DNA of 64,000 bases, from assembly GCA_038046765.1 (NCBI GenBank), contig JBBSVN010000012.1:32001-96000 (forward strand), read 5' to 3'. The DNA comes from Candidatus Micrarchaeota archaeon. GTDB taxonomy: Archaea; Micrarchaeota; Micrarchaeia; Anstonellales; Bilamarchaeaceae. Each line of letters opens with the position of its first letter. The first letter of the stretch is position 1. Made by a program: the position numbers and the translations under genes. Of the stretch, positions 1-8,261 are shown in pieces. The notes beneath the pieces were generated by a model. That model saw only the letters and a list, made by a program, of their open reading frames with translations. It was not told the origin of the DNA and did not search any database.

Positions 1-135
1 TTTCTCTCTTCCATCTTCTGGATGTAAAAAGAAATCTCCTTCTATTTTTATTGAATTTATTGTTCTATCTTGCTCGTTGTAATCAAGCGTAATCTTAAGT
101 AATTTTCCAGCTTTGAAAATACTTTTACCAATCAT
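1..135 (-). CDS. Lipoate-protein ligase accessory subunit (LplB / LplA C-terminal domain), N-terminal part, runs off the window
   Basis: Manual translation MIGKSIFKAGKLLKITLDYNEQDRTINSIKIEGDFFLHPEDGREK has the IxGDFFxHPE motif. Its ATG overlaps the lipA stop (TAATG). Confidence 0.8.
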   Translation of the reverse strand, partial: MIGKSIFKAGKLLKITLDYNEQDRTINSIKIEGDFFLHPEDGREK

Positions 136-1103
136 TATTTTGCCTCTTTACGTGAATTTATTACATTCTTCAGGAAAAATTCTCCTGCTCTGTAACTACT
201 TCTGACAAATGGCCCAGAAGCTACATACAAAAATCCTTTTTCTTTTCCAATTTTTCCATATTCTGTATATTTTTCTGGAGCTACGTAATTTTGGATTGCT
301 ATATGTTTTTTACTTGGTCTTAGATATTGCCCAATTGTTAAAATATCGCAGTCAATCGCTCGCAAATCGTCCATTGTTTTTAGTATCTGTTCGTCCCCTT
401 CGCCTAAACCAAGCATAAGAGCGCTTTTTGTAAAAATTTTTGGGTTTATTTTTTTTGCAGTAACTAAAACACCTAATGATTGGTCATAGTTCGCTCGTAA
501 ATCCCGAACAGTTGCTTGAAGTTCTCTAACAGTTTCAACATTATGCGAAATAACTTCAGGTCCAGAATCAACAATTGTTTTTATGCAATTAACATCTCCA
601 CGAAAATCAGGGATTAATACCTCGATTATAACTTCGGGGGTTAATTCCTTTACTGCTTTTATGCACGCTGCAAAGTGTCCAGCACCTTGATCTGGTAAAT
701 CGTCCCGATCTACGCTTGTTAATACAATATAATCTAATTTTAGCTCCTTAACCGCTTGCGCAAGGTTGTGTGGTTCATCTGCCAATTCCAGCATCGAAAC
801 TCCTTGCCGAGCGCTTTTGGTTGAACAGAATCTGCAATATCTTGTGCAAATATCTCCCATTAGTAAAAATGTCGCAGTTCCAACGCTCCAGCATTCTAAA
901 ATATTCGGGCATTTTGCTTCTACGCAAATTGTATGGAGCTTCTTTGATTTTGTCAAAGCCTTTACATGTTCAAACTGCGCTGCTCCTTCTAAATTGGGCG
1001 CTCTTGTTCGTAACCAGTCTGGTTTTGGTAAGACTGGCACGGTGAATGGATTAACTGGAGTTGAAGTATTTGCATTCGTTTGATTAGTGTTGGAATTAGA
1101 CAT
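135..1103 (-). CDS. lipA: Lipoyl synthase
   Basis: CVEAKCPNILEC (Cx4Cx5C), CTRYCRFC radical-SAM motif, C-terminal GPFVRSSY. Confidence 0.97.
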   Translation of the reverse strand: MSNSNTNQTNANTSTPVNPFTVPVLPKPDWLRTRAPNLEGAAQFEHVKALTKSKKLHTICVEAKCPNILECWSVGTATFLLMGDICTRYCRFCSTKSARQGVSMLELADEPHNLAQAVKELKLDYIVLTSVDRDDLPDQGAGHFAACIKAVKELTPEVIIEVLIPDFRGDVNCIKTIVDSGPEVISHNVETVRELQATVRDLRANYDQSLGVLVTAKKINPKIFTKSALMLGLGEGDEQILKTMDDLRAIDCDILTIGQYLRPSKKHIAIQNYVAPEKYTEYGKIGKEKGFLYVASGPFVRSSYRAGEFFLKNVINSRKEAK

Positions 1104-1178
1104 AGGAATCTTAGAACTAATTTGCTTCGTAGCATTTAAAATAATGTTAGAAATAGGTTTGACGGATGACGAATACTA

Positions 1179-2057
1179 TTAAACCGCCGTTTGTTGATCG
1201 GATACGGACTTACCCAGATGTTTGACATAATTTCCGGTAGCTTCCTCTAATTTAAAACCCGAACGTTTGGCGGTAACATCGTACAATAATTTACCTGTGG
1301 TGGTTTGCCTTACCAAACTCCACATACTATTTTCTGCACTTTGAATTTCTATTGTTGGAATCCCATGTTCCTTTGCAAAAGCAACTGCGTGAGCAACTAA
1401 TGCTCGTTCCCATTTTAACGACCTAATCTTTTCATGTTGTCCATTTACTCCTTGGATTTGACAAATCGATAATCTGCCTTCGTTGACTTCAAAACCAAGA
1501 GATGCAACAATTTTTCCTTCATAAAGTAAACAGAATTGATATGGTACGTCCCAAAATTTATCCTCATAATCAAAATTAGTATGATTTCCAATACCATAAT
1601 CTAAGGCAAGAGAATATCTTTCGATCATATCAGTTGAAACAACATTTCCTTGTTTTACATATTGACTAAGTACGCGAGTTCCAAAATCAGGATCAACCGT
1701 ATGTTTATCAAATTCTTCAAGAGCAGTAGTTAACCGATCACTTTCTCTACCTAATAACATTTGAGCATCATGTTTAAATAATTCGCGTGTAACGATTGTT
1801 GTTTTTACTTCAACTGCTCCTAGATACTTTATGACTTTAGGTTTTTCTGGGGGAATTTCGGGTATATAACTTTTAACTAATTGTTCTAACCCTGAATTAT
1901 AAATTCCCAAATGCCCGGGGGTTAATTTTTCAACATCAGTATAAGAATGGGATCGGAATTTATAATCTTTATCGTCTCTTATTTCCCATTTTTGAGTAAA
2001 TTTCGGTTTTAGTTTGGAGAAAGAATTAGCTGGGTCTTTCTTGGTAATTACAGTCAT
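1179..2057 (-). CDS. Hypothetical protein with a C-terminal VirK/YbjX (DUF535)- or GNAT-like region
   Basis: 292-aa ORF; the VASLGF...LSICQIQG segment resembles DUF535. Confidence 0.45.
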   Translation of the reverse strand: MTVITKKDPANSFSKLKPKFTQKWEIRDDKDYKFRSHSYTDVEKLTPGHLGIYNSGLEQLVKSYIPEIPPEKPKVIKYLGAVEVKTTIVTRELFKHDAQMLLGRESDRLTTALEEFDKHTVDPDFGTRVLSQYVKQGNVVSTDMIERYSLALDYGIGNHTNFDYEDKFWDVPYQFCLLYEGKIVASLGFEVNEGRLSICQIQGVNGQHEKIRSLKWERALVAHAVAFAKEHGIPTIEIQSAENSMWSLVRQTTTGKLLYDVTAKRSGFKLEEATGNYVKHLGKSVSDQQTAV

Positions 2058-2181
2058 ACACTAATAAACATTCAAACTATTTAAAAACCTACGTTTTATT
2101 ACATAAAAAGTAACAATATTAAAAACAACTAAAAAACTCGAAATCAGTCAAAACCCAAAACGCTAGACAGGAAACGCATTA

Positions 2182-2253
2182 TGGACTCAGAGGGAATCGC
2201 ACCCTCGGCCTCTCGCGTGCAAGGCGAGCGCTATACTGCTTAGCTATGAGCCC
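2182..2253 (-). tRNA. tRNA-Ala(UGC)
   Basis: Reverse complement GGGCTCATAGCTAAGCAGTATAGCGCTCGCCTTGCACGCGAGAGGCCGAGGGTGCGATTCCCTCTGAGTCCA folds as a cloverleaf with anticodon TGC and a G3-U70 pair; CCA not encoded. Confidence 0.95.
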
Positions 2254-2447
2254 TTGTATAAACTTGGGTTGTTCTGCTTACTTAGAAAAAAGAGGCTTCT
2301 CTAAGTATTGACTGGTAGGGCAACGCACCATAATCTTTCAAATGGCGTTGCCAGAAAACCACGTGAATTTTATCAGATATTTGCTACCTGCTACAAGCCA
2401 CCAGCTACATGCTAGTAATTAATATACTATTAATGTAATAATTTATA

Positions 2448-2504
2448 AGCGATGATGTTAAAGGTATTTGGCCCACTTATGGCCGCAAGAGGATCAACTG
2501 AGCT
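2448..2504 (+). ncRNA. C/D box guide sRNA (candidate 23S H69-H70 targets)
   Basis: C box ATGATG at 2452, D box CTGA at 2498-2501, terminal stem AGC/GCT. Guides AAGGTATTTGGC and AAGAGGATCAA are antisense to a conserved LSU rRNA segment. Confidence 0.75.
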
Positions 2505-2648
2505 AACCTTAACTATTTATTCTTAGGTAGGTTGCCGGGCTAGTCTAACATTTGCTTCTAGACGCCCTTGTGGATGCAGATTTAACTAATAATATATATT
2601 TCAATCTGCATCAGAAATTTTGGCTACTCCTAGAAAATATTTTAGAAA

Positions 2649-2906
2649 TTAAAATACAAACGTAAGTAATCCAGAAGATATTTCCTGTATTTTCGGAGCT
2701 GCAACTGCTATTGCTGCAATTATTACTCCTCCTATAAGTATTGCTATTGAAGTATTTTGCCATTTACCTCGTACTTCTGGTGGCTGAGCCTGTGCTAAAC
2801 CATAAACTATTCCTGCTAAAGTAATCAAAATGATTGAAAGTGTCGGAGCTACGGTTCTTAAAAATAGTGCAATATTAGAAAGTGTTGTTTCTATTCCTAG
2901 TGTCAT
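2649..2906 (-). CDS. Small two-TM protein, TrbC/VirB2-pilin-like
   Basis: 85 aa; two hydrophobic helices joined by a short charged loop (PPEVRGKWQ). Confidence 0.5.
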   Translation of the reverse strand: MTLGIETTLSNIALFLRTVAPTLSIILITLAGIVYGLAQAQPPEVRGKWQNTSIAILIGGVIIAAIAVAAPKIQEISSGLLTFVF

Positions 2907-2979
2907 TAATAGTAAACTATAAGAAAAACTATTTAAATATAGCCGTTTACCTAAAAATCCTTTATTTTATTAAGCAATT

Positions 2980-3202
2980 TGGGCCCGTGGAGATTCTCAA
3001 GTTTTGCTTTCTGGGTTTCGTGTCTTAGGAAATACCTAGAAGGCTTTTGGATAAGACCTAGCCTTTTGCCATTAGAATATGCAAAATCAAAAGGCTTGGT
3101 TTTTGAACTCCAGACCTCCGGCTAACTCAGTCGTATACCTATAACCTGTATTAGAGGTGGACATATAAGACCGGCGCTCTAACCGAGCTGAGCTACGGGC
3201 CC
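2980..3202 (-). tRNA. tRNA-Ile(UAU) with two BHB introns (37/38: 3124-3163; 59/60: 2994-3101)
   Basis: Exons assemble to GGGCCCGTAGCTCAGCTCGGTTAGAGCGCCGGTCTTATA|AGCCGGAGGTCTGGAGTTCAAA|TCTCCACGGGCCCA. BHB central helices are CTTA/TGAG and TTCA/TGAG. Confidence 0.9.
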
Positions 3203-3330
3203 AATAGCAGTATGAAGCTAAGAAATAGGTACTTCTTAGAAATATAAATAAATATTTTTATTTTTTAATTGGAGTTATAAATAAAATATGAAAAAAATAA
3301 AAATTCATTTAGGATTTAGAAAAGACCTGG

Positions 3331-3426
3331 TTAACCATCTTCTGCTTCTCCTTCCTCGTCCCATTCTTCCTCGTCAAAGTCGTCGTCTTCCCATTCTTCT
3401 TCGTCATCCATTCTCATTGGTATCAT
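3331..3426 (-). CDS. 31-aa highly acidic small protein MIPMRMDDEEEWEDDDFDEEEWDEEGEAEDG
   Basis: GGTGA RBS just upstream of ATG; composition differs from the AT-rich flanks; below the ORF-track size cutoff. Confidence 0.65.
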   Translation of the reverse strand: MIPMRMDDEEEWEDDDFDEEEWDEEGEAEDG

Positions 3427-3561
3427 AGTTTCACCGCTATACGTTAAAATAAAATTAAAGAGTTTTAAGCTAAATAAATATGCAAAGGAATTAAAAGCTA
3501 ACTGTGGTGGGTTATGTAATTATCTTTAAACTTTTTCCCCCACATTTATATTTATACTATT

Positions 3562-4749
3562 TTACTTTATTAATTGTAGCTCCTTTCCGATCTTTTCTAT
3601 TTTTTCAATTGCAAAATCCAGATCTTCTTTACTATGTTCCGCAGTAATCATTGTCCGTATTCTTGCCTTATCTTTAGCGACCATCGGAAAAACAATCGGT
3701 AGCGCGTAAACTCCTTCTTCGAATAATCGCAAACTCATTACCCTTGCTTTACCAGAATCATACGTCATTATTGGTGTAATTGGTGTTTCGCTTTGCCCTA
3801 AATCAAATCCTAATTCAAGCAATCTCTTCTTATAATATTTCGTATTCTTCCAGAGTTTTTTGACTAATTTATCACTACTTTCTAGAAGTTCTAACGAAGC
3901 AATTGAAGCAGCAACAGTAGCTGGACCATGAGAACCAGTAAGTAGCCATGTTCGAGATTTATTTAGTAAATACTCCCTTCCAATTTTAGATGTTCCGATA
4001 TAGCCACCCATTGTTCCAAATGCTTTTGAAAAGGTTCCCATATCAAAATCTACTTTTCCGTCTAATTTGAAATGATTTGTAATCCCTCTGCCATTTTCCC
4101 CTAGAACTCCGTCCCCATGCGCGTCATCAATGTATGTTACTGCTTCGTATTGTTCTGATAGTTTTACGATTTGGTCTAAGGGTGCGATGTCACCATCCAT
4201 CGAAAATACGCCATCGCTTACAATAAGAATTCTTTTTGCGTTTTTAGTTTTCGCTTCTTTCAATTTTGCTTCTAAATCTTGCATGTTCTTGTGTTCGTAA
4301 ACTAATCGATCTGCTTTACTTAATCGTAGTCCATCTATTATCGATCCGTGATTTAGCGAATCTGAAATTACTGCATCGCCTTCTCTTAACAATGCGGGTA
4401 ACGCTCCGCTATTAGCTGTAAAACCTGTATTATAATATAGTGCTGCTTCTGTATGTTTAAATTTCGCGATTAATTCTTCTAGTTTTAAGTGTATGTCCAT
4501 TGTTCCAGCAATTGGCCTTACTGAACCGCTTCCAGCCCCATGCGTTCTTATTGCGTTTATTGCTGCTTTTCTAAGTGCTTTATGATTTGCTAATCCTAAG
4601 TAATTGTTTGAGCATAACATGACTACTTTCTTTCCGTCAATTGTGGATTGTGCCACTGATGGCCCGCCTAGTGTTCGTGGTTTCCACAATAAGTTATCTT
4701 TATCTAATAAATCGAGTTCGGATTTTAGTTCTTCTAATAATCGAGACAT
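3562..4749 (-). CDS. kbl: Glycine C-acetyltransferase (2-amino-3-ketobutyrate CoA ligase), class II PLP enzyme
   Basis: SNNYLGL, DSLNHGSIIDG, DGVFSMDGD, DDAHG, GTFSKAFG; tdh is nearby. Confidence 0.88.
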   Translation of the reverse strand: MSRLLEELKSELDLLDKDNLLWKPRTLGGPSVAQSTIDGKKVVMLCSNNYLGLANHKALRKAAINAIRTHGAGSGSVRPIAGTMDIHLKLEELIAKFKHTEAALYYNTGFTANSGALPALLREGDAVISDSLNHGSIIDGLRLSKADRLVYEHKNMQDLEAKLKEAKTKNAKRILIVSDGVFSMDGDIAPLDQIVKLSEQYEAVTYIDDAHGDGVLGENGRGITNHFKLDGKVDFDMGTFSKAFGTMGGYIGTSKIGREYLLNKSRTWLLTGSHGPATVAASIASLELLESSDKLVKKLWKNTKYYKKRLLELGFDLGQSETPITPIMTYDSGKARVMSLRLFEEGVYALPIVFPMVAKDKARIRTMITAEHSKEDLDFAIEKIEKIGKELQLIK

Positions 4750-4906
4750 TTAGAATCACCGTTAACATATAATCTATTCATTTTGATGTTTTAAATATCC
4801 TATTAAATTATTAAATCTGTTCGTGTAGAAAAATTCACATAAATATAAACTTATTGTTAATTTGACACTTTAGTATACTTTTAAATCTTGGTAGATTAAT
4901 TTAATT

Positions 4907-7078
4907 ATGGTAAATATTCCTTCATCACCAGATTTGCCTGATTTTATTCCAAAACTAAAGATACGCGACTTAAAGGGCGAACTACGAAGCGAAGCAGAAG
5001 ATATTCTCGAACAATTTTCAGAAGTTTCTACTGCAACTTTATCTAAAAATAGCACGATTGAATCAATGGTTAAACTATCAGCTAAACTTAACAAGAAGAG
5101 TAAAGGACATAAGAAACTAAAAAACAAGGTTGAAAACTTTGTCATGATGGCTAATGCGCTTAAAAGAGAAAACGTAGTTGTTGCTGTTGCAACTACAAGA
5201 AACGAAGAACGAAGATTTAGACCACCGACACAAGAAATTGAAGCAAGACGAATGTTATTAGGAAGATTTGAAATTCACGAAATACTTAAAGATAATGGGC
5301 AGATGGGGACAACTTATAAAGTTTGGGACAATGAAAAAAATCAGTTTGCAGTAGTTAAAGAAGTTTTAGAAAGAAATAGGGATGCAACTATAATTGCAAA
5401 AAGAGAATACAAACTTGGTAAAAGATTAAATCATTCTGGAATTTCGAGTTATTCTGAATTTATTGAAGATAAATCCGAGGGTATGATTTACGTTGTAAGA
5501 GAATGGGTTGAAGGAACTAATCTTAAGGATATTGGAACACAAAGCGAGCAGAAAATAAAACAATTCTTGGAGCAAATAATTGAAATCGTCAAATATGTAC
5601 ATTCCGAGGACATAATTTTGCGTGATTTAAAAATAAGTAATTTTGTTCTAACTAGTGATGGCAGACTTAAACTAATTGAAGTATGTGGTGCACTTGAAGA
5701 AGGTGAAGCTAAAATTCAGGAACGAAATCACGAATCAACAATGTTTCATGTAGGAAGTCCATTTTCAACTGCTCCTGAACTATTTAGTCCTTGTAAACAG
5801 TCTGATATTTGGTCAATCGGTTCGATTATTGCTGATTTGTACTTAGGTGATGGAAAGAAATGCCAAATCTCTTCAGATGAATATGATTTTAGTATAATTG
5901 AAAATAAAAAACTTAGAACAATCGTAGAAAAAGCCATGCAGTACAGGGTAAAATATCGATATCAATCTGTTGAAGAACTCGCTCAAGCGATTAGCGTAAA
6001 AGACGAATCGGTTGCTTTAAATAATGTGGAAAGACCTGGTGTTTTTGCTAGGATTAGGGCAAGTGTTATTTCATTTTTCAGTTACTCTGAAGCTACTATA
6101 ATTAAAAATTTAAAAGAATCAATCGAAACTAATTCGCTTCGTGCCAATGATCAAAGACTTCAAAATCTTACTCCTGAAGAAGCAGATAAACTTTTACAAT
6201 CCTTAGATGCTAAAAAAATTAGCAAAGGGGCGGATGTAAATGTTGTACTTTACATAATTTGTGAAAAAATTACTCAACTTCGTTCATTAGAAGTTGTTGC
6301 GGCTATAAAAAAATTACTTGAAATTGAAAGTTTTGGTGCTAAAATCATTAGTAATTCTGTTTTTGATTTTTTAATTGAGAACCTAAATTCCAAATCTGCT
6401 TCCCAGGGAATACTCGAATTTTCAAAGTTTGATTATTTTGCTGATCAGATACATGCCTTAATGAAAAAAATCGATAAAGAAATAGATGCATGTAATGCGT
6501 TAATCACAATTAAAAAAATGAAGAATAGAAACGAACTTGATCAAAAAGGCATTTTTAGACTCGCAGGAACGATTATTTCATCCGCAAATGCAGCTGATGT
6601 CATGGAAGCCGAAGGAGCTGATTTTGATGAAGCAACGATGGATACTTTGGCAAGAACAATTGCTAATGCGGGTAATCAAAATGATGCAAAGCGAGCGCTA
6701 TGGAAAAGAACAATTACTAAATATTATCCATGGATAGATGTTCTGGCAAAAACTATTGGGGCTGATTCGGCTAGTGCTTCACAAGTTCTAAGTACTATCG
6801 AAATAAACATTGGTGTTGGGTATTTTGAACCAAAATTAAGGACTTCTCTAAGTAATCTCGCAGAAAAAGTAAGCGAATCAGCACATGCGAAAAATGTTAT
6901 AATGAAATTCGGCGATGCTGAAAGAAGTCTTAGATGGATAAATACATGGTTAACTCCCGGATCTATTGGTACCTTAGTTGCTCAAGTAAATGTTCCACAG
7001 CACATACAGGAAATTTTGGCATATAGCCAAGCTCCCGAATCGATAAAAACCGAATTACGAAAAAAACTTAGAGAATAA
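4907..7078 (+). CDS. Ser/Thr protein kinase-like protein with degenerate catalytic motifs and a C-terminal helical region
   Basis: AVVKE, RDLKISN, APE and DIWSIG are present; DFG is replaced by EVC. Confidence 0.8.
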   Translation: MVNIPSSPDLPDFIPKLKIRDLKGELRSEAEDILEQFSEVSTATLSKNSTIESMVKLSAKLNKKSKGHKKLKNKVENFVMMANALKRENVVVAVATTRNEERRFRPPTQEIEARRMLLGRFEIHEILKDNGQMGTTYKVWDNEKNQFAVVKEVLERNRDATIIAKREYKLGKRLNHSGISSYSEFIEDKSEGMIYVVREWVEGTNLKDIGTQSEQKIKQFLEQIIEIVKYVHSEDIILRDLKISNFVLTSDGRLKLIEVCGALEEGEAKIQERNHESTMFHVGSPFSTAPELFSPCKQSDIWSIGSIIADLYLGDGKKCQISSDEYDFSIIENKKLRTIVEKAMQYRVKYRYQSVEELAQAISVKDESVALNNVERPGVFARIRASVISFFSYSEATIIKNLKESIETNSLRANDQRLQNLTPEEADKLLQSLDAKKISKGADVNVVLYIICEKITQLRSLEVVAAIKKLLEIESFGAKIISNSVFDFLIENLNSKSASQGILEFSKFDYFADQIHALMKKIDKEIDACNALITIKKMKNRNELDQKGIFRLAGTIISSANAADVMEAEGADFDEATMDTLARTIANAGNQNDAKRALWKRTITKYYPWIDVLAKTIGADSASASQVLSTIEINIGVGYFEPKLRTSLSNLAEKVSESAHAKNVIMKFGDAERSLRWINTWLTPGSIGTLVAQVNVPQHIQEILAYSQAPESIKTELRKKLRE

Positions 7079-7105
7079 ACAAATCAACAAACGAGGCGTT
7101 TAATT

Positions 7106-8140
7106 ATGTTGTCAGTTTGGAAAACAAAACCAGAAGAAGGACTTATAGTAAAAGAAACAGATGTCCCTAAAATCAAAGAAGACCAAGTTCTAATCAAAGT
7201 CAAAGCAACTTCAATATGCGGCACAGATATGCATATTTACAAATGGGATGAATGGGCGCAAAAACGAATCGGGAAAAATATTCCATATATTTTTGGTCAT
7301 GAAGTAGCTGGGGAAATTGCAGAAATGGGTAAAAGCGTAAAAGGCTTATCTATAGGAGATCACGTATCAGCTGAAACGCATATCTCATGCGGATATTGTT
7401 TCCAGTGTAAAACTGGAAATGAACATATTTGTCAGAATGTTAAAATTTTAGGAGTTGATACAAACGGAACTTTTGCAGAATATTTAGCACTACCCTATCG
7501 AAATGCATGGGTAAATGACAAGAAAATTCCTCATTCTGTTGCAACAGCACAAGAACCATTAGGAAACGCAGTCCATACTGTTTTTGATGGCGAAATTGTT
7601 GGAAAAACAGTTACGATATTTGGTATGGGCCCAATCGGAATTTGTGCAGTTGGACTATGCAAACTAGGTGGAGCAGAAAAGATAATTGCAATTGATAACC
7701 ATGGTAGCAGATTAAAAATGGCAAAAGATTTTGGCGCAGATGTACTAATTAATCCAAAGGAAAGCAATACACAAAAAGAAATAATGGATGCAACAAATGG
7801 ACTAGGCGCAGATGTATTTTTAGAAATCGCAGGAAGCGAAGCAGCAATGACTGATGGATTAGCAACAATTAAGGCAGGTGGGAGAGCTTCAATTCTGGGA
7901 GTTTTCTCGAAACCATTTACTGTTGATGTCACTAGAGACATTGTGTTTAAAGGCATCAAACTCACAGGGATTAACGGAAGAAAAATGTTTGATACTTGGT
8001 ATAAAACAAGATCTATTTTAGCTAGCGGAAAACTAGACCTAGCAAAACTCGTTACGCACAAGTTTAAACTAAAAGATATTGAAAAAGGATTCCAGGTTAT
8101 GAAAAAAAGAGAAGGAATGAAGATTGTTTTGGAGCCTTAA
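7106..8140 (+). CDS. tdh: L-threonine 3-dehydrogenase
   Basis: ICGTDMHIYKWDEWAQ, GHE, CGYCFQC...C structural Zn site, GxGPIG, GRKMFDTWY. Confidence 0.95.
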   Translation: MLSVWKTKPEEGLIVKETDVPKIKEDQVLIKVKATSICGTDMHIYKWDEWAQKRIGKNIPYIFGHEVAGEIAEMGKSVKGLSIGDHVSAETHISCGYCFQCKTGNEHICQNVKILGVDTNGTFAEYLALPYRNAWVNDKKIPHSVATAQEPLGNAVHTVFDGEIVGKTVTIFGMGPIGICAVGLCKLGGAEKIIAIDNHGSRLKMAKDFGADVLINPKESNTQKEIMDATNGLGADVFLEIAGSEAAMTDGLATIKAGGRASILGVFSKPFTVDVTRDIVFKGIKLTGINGRKMFDTWYKTRSILASGKLDLAKLVTHKFKLKDIEKGFQVMKKREGMKIVLEP

Positions 8141-8144
8141 TCGT

Positions 8145-8236
8145 CATTTATCACACAAAATTCTAAAAAATGTGTGGTAAGTTTTTCTCTCGTAATTTTT
8201 AGGCACACATTTAATAGTTAAAATGTGTGGTAAGTA
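8145..8236. terminator. Two related hairpins between convergent tdh and rad50
   Basis: CACACA/TGTGTG stems occur twice, and AAATGTGTGGTAAGT is directly repeated. Confidence 0.4.
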
Positions 8237-8261
8237 AATATATAAAATAAAAAGAAACTAC

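Noticed and set aside
8145..8236. CRISPR mini-array
   Set aside because: Only two 15-nt copies, no repeat-spacer series and no cas genes
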